A DNA stretch of 64,000 bases, taken from positions 64,001 through 128,000 of IMG/VR virus record IMGVR_UViG_3300021962_000023; one strand, 5' to 3'. Numbering within the stretch: the first letter of the stretch is position 1; every line of letters starts with the position of its first letter. Source of the stretch: a virus. The position numbers and the translations under genes were made by a program. Of the stretch, positions 16,452 to 26,264 are shown piece by piece. The notes beneath the pieces are model-generated. The model saw only the letters and a program-made list of their open reading frames with translations. It ran no database searches and was not told where the DNA came from.

Positions 16452-18761
16452 TTAATTTTTTGGAGTTATTCTAAATTGTGCTTCCAATGTAGTTATCCAA
16501 CCATCATTTGAAATACTATGTTTAACATTTGTAATCTGAAATACACCGATTTGATTATATATTTCAGGCACACCATTAATTCTAAAATATTCACCACAAC
16601 TGAATCCACCCATACCATCTATTCCAATTGTAACTTCAATTGGACTCAATGTACTTTTGGCATCGGATTGAGGAGCTTTTACATATTTTTTAATTAAATC
16701 AACATCGGTAAATATTAATGGTTTAATATCTCCTTTTCCTTTTTTAAATTTTATAGATTTTTGAGCAATTATATCGGTATAATTTTTTGGCTCATTTGGT
16801 TCGGGTTCTTTATCATCCTTTGGAACAACTTCCTTTTTAGCAGCTTCATTGTAATTCTTCTCCAATGCTTTTAAATCTATTACATTGATAGAAAAAAATC
16901 CATCAGCATTACTCATTAATGAATTATCAAACTCTTGATAAACTTCCGGTGGTAGAGGTATTTCCGGTAACTTCTTATCCGTATCTTTTAATTTTTTTAA
17001 AGCATTTGTTAAAAATCTCTGAGCGTTGAATACAGTTCTACCGGCAACTAAATTACTCATTTCAAAATTAAAACTAAAATTTCTTACATTTGATTCTAAT
17101 GAATTAATTTTAAATTTATAAATGCCAGTTTCTTCAATTGGTTTATCATGTGTAGATGTCCAATCAATTACCGATGCAGTTGTTCCTTCTTCGTAAGAAC
17201 TATTGGTAAGTCTAAATTTACCCAAAGATGCACCATTTATACTATTCAATATTGCTACTAAAAAATCTTTTCTACTATAAGATGCTTTCCAAGCTTGTAC
17301 TATTATTTTATAATTTACAAAAATATTTAAAGCATTTCCACAAGTACTACCATCATCCAATGTTGGATTTATTATACCATCGCTATCTAATGAATTTTTA
17401 ATTTTCTTACCCTCATTTAAAGAATACCCATTTATAGAACCATCTATTGTTTCTTTTGCTATTTGAATATTATCTTGCTCTTTATCCCCCTTTATAGGTG
17501 CTCTGAATTTAACCATTTCCTTATTTGGAAATATGACATCAGTATTAGTTGATATTATGTTTTTATGAGAACGAATTGGAATATATTCTTTCATAGAACC
17601 ATCAACATTATATTGTGGTATGTTGAATTTAAAAGTATCTTCGGCATATCCACCATTATCTCCCAAAGAATAATTCATTAATTTTTTTAAAATAAATCTA
17701 AGAGTAACATATGAATCAGTTGATGCAACTTCATCAGCTTTAGTTTCATTTACTTTACCCCAATTAAAAAATTCAGATTCTACTTCTTCTTTTGTTACTT
17801 TACTTTTAAATTGTTTAGCTTCTAAATTTAAATCAGCTGACATTTGAGATAACCATTGCTGCCAATGTGGTGTATTTACTTTTGCTTGAGTTGCTATATT
17901 TGATTTATCATTACCAATATTAATTGGAATTGCTAATGACATTTGATTTCCTTGAGAAACTTCCAAATTAACAGTATATGTACCATCGGCATCAATTCCA
18001 AATGAGTAATCAGTCACCTTGCCGGCAACCATATCATATGAACCCAATGATTTTTCAACATGCTTTTGAAATAATTTTAAAGATGTTGTGTTGAATCTAT
18101 AATAATTTGAAAATTTTTCTACAAAATCATTATAGTTTGTTTTATCAAATAATTGACCGGATACATATGCTGAATTTGAATATGCATCCTTTGGTTTTTT
18201 ATTACCTCTGTATATATCCAATGTATTATCACCATACTCTACTAATATGTTCATACCAGGTTTACAAAAAAACAATTCAAACATTTCAAATTGCTTTAAT
18301 GAAAAACATCTAACATTTACTTTTGCTGTTTTTAATGTATTGTTAGCACCATCGGTGTCAATTTCAATAGATTCTATAATTGGTGTAGAAATTCTTCTAT
18401 TAGTTTCACCGATAATTTTTATAGGTGTGCCTTTAAAATCTATACCAACTATTGTTTCATTTTGTTGATAAGTAAGTGCTTCGGAATTTATATCATTCTT
18501 AATTATACATCCCCAATAATCACTACTATTTGTTGAATTATCCGATATTATATCTTCAAATTTTCTAGCCTTAGCATTCGGGTCAGTACTCTTCATACCA
18601 CTAACACTAACAACCTTTGCACCAGATGTTAATGTAGCCCAAGGCATTTTTAAATAATTATTAATTGGATTAGTATTCTCACCTACTAAGTAAGATGCTT
18701 CCCTATCTTCCAATACATTCTTAACCCAATCTTTAAGTGGAGCCAAATATGGAAATCCCAT
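16452..18761 (-). CDS. baseplate hub protein (gp27/gpD-like)
   Basis: C-terminal IEVTIGIDGMGGFSCGEYFRI...FQITNVKHSISNDGWITTLEAQF typical of the hub fold; follows LysM and tube-initiator genes. Confidence 0.65.
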   Translation of the reverse strand: MGFPYLAPLKDWVKNVLEDREASYLVGENTNPINNYLKMPWATLTSGAKVVSVSGMKSTDPNAKARKFEDIISDNSTNSSDYWGCIIKNDINSEALTYQQNETIVGIDFKGTPIKIIGETNRRISTPIIESIEIDTDGANNTLKTAKVNVRCFSLKQFEMFELFFCKPGMNILVEYGDNTLDIYRGNKKPKDAYSNSAYVSGQLFDKTNYNDFVEKFSNYYRFNTTSLKLFQKHVEKSLGSYDMVAGKVTDYSFGIDADGTYTVNLEVSQGNQMSLAIPINIGNDKSNIATQAKVNTPHWQQWLSQMSADLNLEAKQFKSKVTKEEVESEFFNWGKVNETKADEVASTDSYVTLRFILKKLMNYSLGDNGGYAEDTFKFNIPQYNVDGSMKEYIPIRSHKNIISTNTDVIFPNKEMVKFRAPIKGDKEQDNIQIAKETIDGSINGYSLNEGKKIKNSLDSDGIINPTLDDGSTCGNALNIFVNYKIIVQAWKASYSRKDFLVAILNSINGASLGKFRLTNSSYEEGTTASVIDWTSTHDKPIEETGIYKFKINSLESNVRNFSFNFEMSNLVAGRTVFNAQRFLTNALKKLKDTDKKLPEIPLPPEVYQEFDNSLMSNADGFFSINVIDLKALEKNYNEAAKKEVVPKDDKEPEPNEPKNYTDIIAQKSIKFKKGKGDIKPLIFTDVDLIKKYVKAPQSDAKSTLSPIEVTIGIDGMGGFSCGEYFRINGVPEIYNQIGVFQITNVKHSISNDGWITTLEAQFRITPKN

Positions 18762-18764
18762 AAC

Positions 18765-19067
18765 TTATTTATTTATTTTTCTTAAATCATTTAATATTTT
18801 ATTCGTATCGGATGGTATTCTCATTTGTTTACCAGCTTCAACATAAAATGTAGCATCATTTATATTATTAGCGGTTGCTATAACCCACCACATTGATTGG
18901 TCACCATAATATTTATGTGCTAATAAATCTAATCTATCCCCAGCTTCAGAAATAATATATAAATCCTTATCATTTGGTTTAATAATAGGATATATTGTAG
19001 ATTCTAAATATTCTTTCTTAGTTTCGTTTGTTTTTAATACTTCACTGTATGTGTATCTACTCGCCAT
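18765..19067 (-). CDS. LysM/gpX-like baseplate wedge protein (gp53-like)
   Basis: GDRLDLLAHKYYGDQSMWWVIATANNI...GKQMRIP. Confidence 0.85.
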   Translation of the reverse strand: MASRYTYSEVLKTNETKKEYLESTIYPIIKPNDKDLYIISEAGDRLDLLAHKYYGDQSMWWVIATANNINDATFYVEAGKQMRIPSDTNKILNDLRKINK

Positions 19068-19076
19068 AATTTAAGT

Positions 19077-20660
19077 TTATTTAGGTTCTTCAGCCGATGA
19101 GTTTTCATCCGGAATTTGGGGTTCTTCTTCAAAGGCAAATTTAGTCTGAGCTTCAATAATACTTTGTTGTATTTGTTTAGCTAATTTATTTCTATCACGC
19201 TCTACTTCTGCTTTTGCTGATATCGTATAATTATCATACCCATCAAAATTATATCTAATAACTTTAGTACCGGTATTAACCGCACTATCATCAACCATAT
19301 GTCTTTCAATAATTTTCATACCAAAACTAACATTTATAACTGTTGGGTATAGTCTATTATTAAATTCAGCGGCGCTTGATTGATTAGGGTCAGTACTTGC
19401 CCAAGATGTATTATCATCAATTGAAAATGATAAAGAATCAATTGCACCTAATACATTCTTATATAATTGACCAATTGTTAATTCTATTAAATTTGGAGAA
19501 TATGCTAATGCCGTTGATTCATTTTTATATTTTATATCAGAAATTTCATTATAAGGGAATGCCAATTCTTTTAAAGAATTTAAATTGGAAATCATTCTGT
19601 ACTTTGTTATTTCATCTAAATAATATAATTTAAATTCAAATTTTAAACTTCTATCAACTCCACCATAACGTCTTATTTTATATGGAGAGCCTACATATTT
19701 AAATTCAGACCATTCAGGTGCTATATCTTCATTTAACCCACTAATTGATGCTGGAAATACTAATGAATATTGCTTACCATATGGTTTTATTTTGATATAA
19801 GTTTGTCCTAATTTTGTATTAGCTTTTATTGCTTTTTCAAAATCGGAATCATTATCAAAATCACCATTACTTAACAATATAGTATTGAATTTATCTAAGC
19901 TAATGTATTCATCGGATTTTCTCTCAATTATTTTAGTAGGTGTTTGCCCTGTATAATTTGTAAAATAATCCGAATTTTTTTGTTTGTTACTATAAAGTTT
20001 ACCTGCTAAATTTTTATCGTTAGAAGGTGGTTGTGATTTTTGTCCTTTTTTTCTTTTTTTAGTTACTAATCCCGTAACAGCTTTACCAACGGCTTTTTTA
20101 GCTGCTCCAATACCTGCGCCAATGGCTTTACCAGCCATTTGATTCATATCACCTTTCAACACACCCGAAAGTGCATTTGGTCCCATTGGAACTTTACTTA
20201 TAAAATAATCCTTATTAGCTTCAACTGCATATCTTTCAGCAGAATGGTCGCCAACCGATGTGGGCAATGTACCTTTTGTAACGGGAGAACCTGATTTACT
20301 TTCGAATATAGTATCAGAAGGTCTATTAGCCGACCCACCTAATAAAGAACCTAAGTTTAATAATGGTGGTTTTGCTCCTGGTTTATTAGGGTCATCATTA
20401 TATTTGGCAGATGTGGTTGCTAAACTTCTCGGAGGGTCTACTGTACCTTTAAGAGATATTCTAGGTGTTTCAGTACCATACAACAATGGAGGAGTTACTA
20501 ATTTTTTATAGAAAGTAATTCTTGGTCCGTTTGGATTCAATTCCGCTTGAATAAAATCCATCGCACCACCGATTATTCCTTTATCCTTATGTCCTCCGTT
20601 CCAAGTGGTGACATCTTTATCACCATTTGCTTTTTTAAATAAATCTAAGATTGTTGGCAT
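19077..20660 (-). CDS. tail tube initiator-like baseplate protein (gp48/gp54-like)
   Basis: LVFPASISGLNEDIAPEWSEFKYVGSPYKIRRYGGVDRSLKFEFKL tube-fold motif; follows the tape measure gene. Confidence 0.7.
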   Translation of the reverse strand: MPTILDLFKKANGDKDVTTWNGGHKDKGIIGGAMDFIQAELNPNGPRITFYKKLVTPPLLYGTETPRISLKGTVDPPRSLATTSAKYNDDPNKPGAKPPLLNLGSLLGGSANRPSDTIFESKSGSPVTKGTLPTSVGDHSAERYAVEANKDYFISKVPMGPNALSGVLKGDMNQMAGKAIGAGIGAAKKAVGKAVTGLVTKKRKKGQKSQPPSNDKNLAGKLYSNKQKNSDYFTNYTGQTPTKIIERKSDEYISLDKFNTILLSNGDFDNDSDFEKAIKANTKLGQTYIKIKPYGKQYSLVFPASISGLNEDIAPEWSEFKYVGSPYKIRRYGGVDRSLKFEFKLYYLDEITKYRMISNLNSLKELAFPYNEISDIKYKNESTALAYSPNLIELTIGQLYKNVLGAIDSLSFSIDDNTSWASTDPNQSSAAEFNNRLYPTVINVSFGMKIIERHMVDDSAVNTGTKVIRYNFDGYDNYTISAKAEVERDRNKLAKQIQQSIIEAQTKFAFEEEPQIPDENSSAEEPK

Positions 20661-20680
20661 TGATAGTATATTCTATTTAC

Positions 20681-20688
20681 TATAAATA
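20681..20688 (-). promoter_or_regulatory. putative late promoter TATTTATA
   Basis: exact octamer 20 nt upstream of ATG 20660. Confidence 0.65.
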
Positions 20689-20709
20689 TCCTTTAAGAAA
20701 ATTTATGGA

Positions 20710-23586
20710 TTATTTCTTAGGTGTAGCACCTTCGGTATTCCCTTTGTATTTATTATAAGATGCTGATATATGTTTACCATCCAATGATAATACAACTGCC
20801 TTCTCTTGTCCAGTATAAGTTGCTATGGTTAATGCTTCAATTGTTTTTGTCAATTTTACCATTGCCGTTGTATTGGCATTTAAAGTTTGTAATTCTTTAG
20901 TAGTATTTGCAGTATTCTCCATTGTTTTATGGGTTCTATCAACTACTCTTTCTAAATTACCACTCATATAGGTAAGTTTGGCTTGCAACCACTTATCCAT
21001 TTCAGTTATAATTGATGCATTTCCAGGAGTAGATGCTTTTACTGCCGTTGGAGTTACCGGCGGTATTTGAGTTGCAACACTTGCAGCAGGTGTTGCTTTT
21101 TTAGCCTGCGCTTCTGCTTTTATTTGGTCGGAATCTTTTCCAAGTAATCCAAATGTTAAACCACTTAATACACTACTACCGGCATTCATAAATTTCTGAC
21201 CAGTACTTGCGTTTTCATCTGCTGTAAATCCTTGGAATCCATCATAAAGTCCTTTGGCAATCATCAATGGTGCCGCTACTTTACCCAATAATCCACCTGC
21301 TTTGCCTAATATACCACCACCTGCTTTGCCCAAAAATCCACCGGCTTTACTTAAAAGTCCACCACCTCCGCCACCCATTGCTCCGGCTGCTTTTGGTAAA
21401 AGTTTATTTGTAAGTAATCCACCAGCCAATCCACCACCAAGTGTTAATGCGTTTTCTCCAACACTTCTTTCTACACCCAATTGTTTTTCTTGCGCTTTTA
21501 GAGCTTGCATTTGAGGACTATTAAGTAATGCTTCCTCAATAAGAGTATTCAATTGAGCTTGTTTTGCTTGTTGGTCTGCTAATGAATTTTGATATGCAGT
21601 ATAACCAGGTGAATTTAAATAAGCTTCAGTAATTTTTTGAGATAACTTTGCATCTATAATAGCTTGGTCAGCTGAAATAATAGCTTGCTGAGATGCCAAT
21701 GTTTGTTGTGCAGATTGAGTTCTACTTAAAAACGATTGGTTACCAGCTTTTACATTTCCTGCCGTAGCACTAACTGATGTTCCTGTATTTTGGTTTATTT
21801 TAGATAGGGTTGTCAAATCCATACCTGTGGCTTGTTGCAACATTTGTTGTTGGAACATATCCATATTAGCAGGGTCTAATCCTTGAGCCTTTAATGCGTT
21901 TACCGCACCAGCCGTATCTCCACTTGCAAATTTAGCTCTTACTTCGGAAAGGTCTACATTCTTACCTAACATAGCTGATAACTGCATTTCGGATTTGATA
22001 CTATCTTTATAGTTCAAAACCATACCTTGTCCAGCTTTTGCTATATCATTGAAACTAACACCCATTGATTTAGCAAATATAACTTGTTTAGATAATGCAG
22101 ATGCACTTTTGATTTGGTAACCTAACATATCTTTAGATGCGGTTGCCATTTCTTCCATAACACCACCTAAATTAACATTAGCTTGTGCAGCCATTGCTCT
22201 CAAACCTTCTTGCATATTGAGTGCACTTGTGGCAGTTAAGCCATCCATTCTCATATATGCTTCATTGATTGATGCTATATTTTCGGCAGATTGACCCGTT
22301 CTACTTTGTAAAACTGCCATATCAGAACCTACTTTACCAGTTGGCATTTTACCAGTCGCATCTGCTGCGGCTGTCATTGAACTAGCGATTTGGTCTGCCC
22401 CAATACCTGCCAATTGTAATTGTCCGGCTGCATATGCTACACTTCCAATTGAATTACCAAATAAACCTGTTTTAGATGCAGCCTGAAATTCAGCGGCATT
22501 AGATTTCATAGTAGCACTGAACTGATTTGCTGCTCTTTGAGCTGCAAAATTTCGTTCAATTCCCAATCTATTTAATTCATTCTCATTATCAATTTGAGAT
22601 TGAGAAAGTTCTAATCCAATTTTTTGTGATATGAAACCTCTTTCGTTATTTATTTTTACAAGCTCTTTGGCTCCATCGATTATATTTTGTTGTTTATCAA
22701 AATATGTTTCGGCGGCAACTTGCATCGGTGCTCCAAAATAATTCATTGCTAACGCACCGGCTGCGGCTCCCAATGCTACCAATCCCGCTCTAAGTCCGGG
22801 CATATCTTTGTTAGCCATATTTTTGAATACATCGGACATCTGACCTGCCAATGGTATTCCGGAACTACCAAATGTATCCAATGATTGATTCAATGATTCT
22901 AATCTATCTGCACTTCTTTGAGCAGATGCATTAAATTCATCCATCTCTTGCTTTGCAGCAGTTATCATTTTTAATAATTCTCTACCCGATTCAGTTGAGT
23001 CATCTATTTTTGATACCAATGTATCAAAATTTTCATATGAATCTTTTACCATATCATTGAATTGTGATTGGGTCATTTTACCTCTCATCAATTCTTTACT
23101 AGCATTTGCAATAGAAACATTCATTCCCTTATATGCTCTACTAGCTTCTATAACATTATCTACCTGTTGTTCGGATAAATCGTTGGAGTTTTGCAAAACA
23201 TTTGAAATGCTTTGCATTGTATTTTTTGCTGAATCTAATTTGGTAGAAAAAACATCATATAATTTGTTAGTTTTACCAATTTGGCTTCCAATACTTGTTA
23301 AGGTATCATCTATATCATCGAAGTTTTCTAATGTTCTTTTAATGTTTTTATTAGAATCCTCAATTTCATCATTTAATTTTTCATACGATTTAAAAGCACT
23401 ATTTATCTTATCTTGTAAATTTTTCATACTTCCGTATGTTTTTTCAAGATATTTTAAAGTATCCTCATCAATTTTTAAACCTTTGGATTTGGCTTCATTG
23501 ATTTGCTTCCACTTATCAGCCATTTGATTAAGCTCATTGAACTGATTTGCGTTATTCTGCCCCTCGCTTCGTATGTTTTTAGCCAT
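20710..23586 (-). CDS. tape measure protein
   Basis: 958 aa, helical, Ala/Gly/Gln-rich, Gly-rich hydrophobic segments; lies between chaperone and baseplate genes. Confidence 0.85.
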   Translation of the reverse strand: MAKNIRSEGQNNANQFNELNQMADKWKQINEAKSKGLKIDEDTLKYLEKTYGSMKNLQDKINSAFKSYEKLNDEIEDSNKNIKRTLENFDDIDDTLTSIGSQIGKTNKLYDVFSTKLDSAKNTMQSISNVLQNSNDLSEQQVDNVIEASRAYKGMNVSIANASKELMRGKMTQSQFNDMVKDSYENFDTLVSKIDDSTESGRELLKMITAAKQEMDEFNASAQRSADRLESLNQSLDTFGSSGIPLAGQMSDVFKNMANKDMPGLRAGLVALGAAAGALAMNYFGAPMQVAAETYFDKQQNIIDGAKELVKINNERGFISQKIGLELSQSQIDNENELNRLGIERNFAAQRAANQFSATMKSNAAEFQAASKTGLFGNSIGSVAYAAGQLQLAGIGADQIASSMTAAADATGKMPTGKVGSDMAVLQSRTGQSAENIASINEAYMRMDGLTATSALNMQEGLRAMAAQANVNLGGVMEEMATASKDMLGYQIKSASALSKQVIFAKSMGVSFNDIAKAGQGMVLNYKDSIKSEMQLSAMLGKNVDLSEVRAKFASGDTAGAVNALKAQGLDPANMDMFQQQMLQQATGMDLTTLSKINQNTGTSVSATAGNVKAGNQSFLSRTQSAQQTLASQQAIISADQAIIDAKLSQKITEAYLNSPGYTAYQNSLADQQAKQAQLNTLIEEALLNSPQMQALKAQEKQLGVERSVGENALTLGGGLAGGLLTNKLLPKAAGAMGGGGGGLLSKAGGFLGKAGGGILGKAGGLLGKVAAPLMIAKGLYDGFQGFTADENASTGQKFMNAGSSVLSGLTFGLLGKDSDQIKAEAQAKKATPAASVATQIPPVTPTAVKASTPGNASIITEMDKWLQAKLTYMSGNLERVVDRTHKTMENTANTTKELQTLNANTTAMVKLTKTIEALTIATYTGQEKAVVLSLDGKHISASYNKYKGNTEGATPKK

Positions 23587-23597
23587 TTATTAAGTGG

Positions 23598-23852
23598 TTA
23601 TTTTATACCATATTTTTTAGTAAATGCATCAATGTGGCTAGAATCTAAACCCAACTTATCCATAGCAGCTTTTTGTACTCTTACACTATTAGATAACGAT
23701 TTATCATAATCAGACCATATATTAGCCAATTCCGGGTCAGCTTTTCTTAATTTTTGAAGCCATTCACTTTCATTCCCATCAGCTTTTGCTTTAAAAAAAC
23801 TTTTGAAAAAGTCCATTAAACCCGATTCTCTTACCAATATTCTTTTAGACAT
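23598..23852 (-). CDS. hypothetical protein
   Basis: 84 aa; MSKRILVRE leader; own late motif. Confidence 0.75.
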   Translation of the reverse strand: MSKRILVRESGLMDFFKSFFKAKADGNESEWLQKLRKADPELANIWSDYDKSLSNSVRVQKAAMDKLGLDSSHIDAFTKKYGIK

Positions 23853-23875
23853 GATTGTTTATATTATAATACTAT

Positions 23876-23883
23876 TATAAATA
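23876..23883 (-). promoter_or_regulatory. putative late promoter TATTTATA
   Basis: exact octamer 23 nt upstream of ATG 23852. Confidence 0.65.
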
Positions 23884-24099
23884 TCATCTTCTTCTCGTTT
23901 TAGAAGAATTATTTGATGATTTAGCTTTTTCGATGGTTTCATTTTCTTCTTCTTTTGTTTTAAGAAGTTCTCTCCAATAAAAATCTCTTAATTTTATAGG
24001 CATAAAATATAAGTCATGCCAATTAAAACCACCATTGGCAAAGTAAATCATTTGAAAAATTTTCTGATGTAAAACTACTGAATAGTTAGTCGGCAGGGT
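23884..24099 (-). CDS. tail assembly chaperone C-terminal extension (GT-like), probably reached by frameshift
   Basis: frame overlaps the chaperone 3' end at a T7 run; FNWHDLYFMPIKLRDFYWREL resembles GT C-terminal motifs. Confidence 0.6.
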   Translation of the reverse strand, partial: TLPTNYSVVLHQKIFQMIYFANGGFNWHDLYFMPIKLRDFYWRELLKTKEEENETIEKAKSSNNSSKTRRR

Positions 24100-24895
24100 A
24101 AAAAAAGTCAACCCCAAACGGGATTCGGAGAGCCTCCTTCTCACCGGTCAATGGAGATTCATAATCAAATGTTAAATCCAAATCAGGTGTCATTGATGCC
24201 ATATGTTTTCTCAATGCTTTTGAATCACCTGCTAATAATCTATTTGATACGAAGTTACTAATACTACCCAAATCTCTATTCCCATCTATCTCCACAATAA
24301 TACGTCTATATCTTGCTGTGATTTCATTACCTTGCTTTAAAGTCTTTTCACTTGCTTCAATATCTTTATTAATAGCAAGTTCATCAGTATGGGTTAATAA
24401 TTTAAATTTAATTTGAGATTTTGAAATAGGTAAAGTGAAATCGTATTCATTTTTTCTATTAAACAATGATTCATCAATTTCTTTAATTTTTATTTTAGAT
24501 AAATCAACAATAGTTTCGGTTGGTTCACCGGTTTCAGGGTCTGTAATTGTTACCGAATATTCTGGTCCAAATGCCAATATTCTCGATGAAATCAAAATAG
24601 CATTTTTATCTCCAATAAGTAAATCACCTATATTAACTCCCGGCTCAACTACAACCGATTCTAATAATTTGTCCAAATGGATACCTTTTTTAATCAAATT
24701 AGATGAAGTCAAAATATCTTCTTCTTTGGCAGTCATTAATTTAATTGTGATTTCTCCTTTGGATAATGGAGATGATTCCGGGTAACATAAACCTTTTGAT
24801 GGTAAACTAATAACCTCTGTTGGAAATGGATATGTTCTTTGTGTAGATTGTACACCCAATCCTCTTGTAACTTGTTGTTCTAATTGTTGTTCCAT
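24086..24895 (-). CDS. tail assembly chaperone / gp26-like protein (269 aa; start re-called at ATG 24895)
   Basis: EVISLPSKG, IKLMTAKEEDIL, LLIGDKNAILISSRILAFG, MTPDLDL; the 14 extra N-terminal residues in the track overlap the promoter motif. Confidence 0.8.
   Translation of the reverse strand: MEQQLEQQVTRGLGVQSTQRTYPFPTEVISLPSKGLCYPESSPLSKGEITIKLMTAKEEDILTSSNLIKKGIHLDKLLESVVVEPGVNIGDLLIGDKNAILISSRILAFGPEYSVTITDPETGEPTETIVDLSKIKIKEIDESLFNRKNEYDFTLPISKSQIKFKLLTHTDELAINKDIEASEKTLKQGNEITARYRRIIVEIDGNRDLGSISNFVSNRLLAGDSKALRKHMASMTPDLDLTFDYESPLTGEKEALRIPFGVDFFYPAD
24100..24106 (-). other. candidate ribosomal slippery site UUU UUU U
   Basis: GAC TTT TTT TAC CCT GCC GAC TAA; the +1/-2 frame stays open for 71 more codons. 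Confidence 0.6.
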
Positions 24896-24917
24896 AAATA
24901 ATAACTTAATGTTTATA

Positions 24918-24925
24918 TATAAGTA
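24918..24925 (-). promoter_or_regulatory. putative late promoter variant TACTTATA
   Basis: one mismatch to the octamer, 22 nt upstream of ATG 24895, just after a terminator. Confidence 0.5.
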
Positions 24926-24934
24926 TATATAAAA

Positions 24935-24970
24935 CAAAAAAGCAGTGAGGAATCCCCCACTGCTTTGTTT
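24935..24970 (-). terminator. intrinsic terminator
   Basis: minus-strand AAAGCAGTGGGG-GATT-CCTCACTGCTTT followed by a U tract. Confidence 0.8.
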
Positions 24971-24986
24971 TTAACATTATGAAAAA

Positions 24987-25205
24987 TTAAAACTCACATT
25001 CTTCTTCCATATACTGCTTACGCTGTACCAACTCCCATTTAGCTCTCTCATACATCTCATCGGAAATCAACATTCTCTCAAAGAAAATATCCATATTCAA
25101 CTCATGGGGAGGAATTCCCAAATGAAGAGCTCTACTCTCCACAAAATCACAATACTCATTAACACTCATACCACGCACATCGATTAAATTATTCATATCT
25201 CTCAT
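24987..25205 (-). CDS. hypothetical protein (inserted gene)
   Basis: 72 aa; own promoter. Confidence 0.75.
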   Translation of the reverse strand: MRDMNNLIDVRGMSVNEYCDFVESRALHLGIPPHELNMDIFFERMLISDEMYERAKWELVQRKQYMEEECEF

Positions 25206-25219
25206 TTTTTATTACATAG

Positions 25220-25251
25220 TAAAGGTACACAATTAGAAGCAAAAAGTCAAG
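25220..25251 (-). promoter_or_regulatory. host-type promoter variant
   Basis: CTTG-N20-TACCTTTA (also reads as TTGACT-N17-TACCTT) followed by CTATGTAATAA. Confidence 0.75.
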
Positions 25252-25258
25252 CTTTTTC

Positions 25259-25555
25259 TTAATTATTTTTCAAAATATATTCAGCTTCTTCTGCCCAACT
25301 TTCGTTCACTAAATGCCAGTAACAAACATTAAGGTCAATAATATCGTAACCACTATCGTTAGGGTTGACGGTAACTACTCCCTTTTTAACCAAAGAACTC
25401 AAAGCACCTCTGATAATTTTAGTAGAAACACCAGTACATGCACTAATATCATTTACATCCACATCGGAGAAACCAGGTTCAGCGTATAAACAATCGGTGA
25501 AAGCAGTTAAGGTTTTTGATTCTAATTCGGTCAAATTTAATTCTGAAATGTTCAT
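25259..25555 (-). CDS. winged-helix DNA-binding protein (inserted gene)
   Basis: 98 aa; VDVNDISACTGVSTKIIRGALSSLVKKGVV. Confidence 0.65.
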   Translation of the reverse strand: MNISELNLTELESKTLTAFTDCLYAEPGFSDVDVNDISACTGVSTKIIRGALSSLVKKGVVTVNPNDSGYDIIDLNVCYWHLVNESWAEEAEYILKNN

Positions 25556-25590
25556 ATCTTTATGTTTTATGTTTAACTCTTATTACATAG

Positions 25591-25622
25591 TAAAGGTAAT
25601 ACATTTCACGTCAAAAGTCAAG
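25591..25622 (-). promoter_or_regulatory. host-type promoter variant
   Basis: CTTG-N20-TACCTTTA followed by CTATGTAATAA; conserved blocks identical to the copy at 25220-25251. Confidence 0.75.
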
Positions 25623-25670
25623 CCTTTTGTAAAATATTTTTGAAATTTATAATCATTCTAAATAAGACAT

Positions 25671-25701
25671 AAAAAAAGGGATGTATTTCTACACCCCCTT
25701 T
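25671..25701 (-). terminator. intrinsic terminator after the tail tube gene
   Basis: GGGGTGTA-GAAA-TACATCCC plus U tract. Confidence 0.85.
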
Positions 25702-25728
25702 AATGATTTTAAGTTTTACAATTAGAGA

Positions 25729-26217
25729 TTAGTACTCAAGGATTGCGTAATCATATGTTAAAGTTAATTCAATCGATAATGGGTCATTTGAAGCCCAATC
25801 CAACTCACCGAAGTTTGCTGAAGAAATGAATGCTCCTTTCAAAGTCCATTGTTCTACTTTATCACCAACCGGTCCTAATAGATAGAATGTGATATCTTTC
25901 TTATAAAAAGCTGCATATCCATCTCTACCAGTGATTGATTCATGTGATTGACGAACCCACTCCATAACTTGCTGTGCACCTGATGGTACAATTGGGTCAT
26001 AAAGAGAGATAGTTACATCATCCCATGTAGATTTTCCCTTAATCTTTCTTTTTACATTGATGTGGTCTAACTCAACTACTTCCGATGTGAAAGTTGGTCT
26101 ATTAGCTGTTTTTATCATATATGATTCTATACCATCGATTTCCATAATAAATCGGTTTCCCAATTTTGGTTCGAAGTTTGTATAAAACATTTTGTCGAAT
26201 TCTAATACTTCTGGCAT
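25729..26217 (-). CDS. gp19: tail tube protein
   Basis: EPKLGNRFIM, KGKSTWDDVTISLYDP, WTLKGAF, LTLTYDYAIL. Confidence 0.92.
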   Translation of the reverse strand: MPEVLEFDKMFYTNFEPKLGNRFIMEIDGIESYMIKTANRPTFTSEVVELDHINVKRKIKGKSTWDDVTISLYDPIVPSGAQQVMEWVRQSHESITGRDGYAAFYKKDITFYLLGPVGDKVEQWTLKGAFISSANFGELDWASNDPLSIELTLTYDYAILEY

Positions 26218-26243
26218 TTTATTCTCTATTTAGTTGTTTCTAT

Positions 26244-26251
26244 TATAAATA
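26244..26251 (-). promoter_or_regulatory. putative late promoter TATTTATA
   Basis: exact octamer 26 nt upstream of gp19. Confidence 0.65.
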
Positions 26252-26264
26252 TTTGTTTTTCAAA

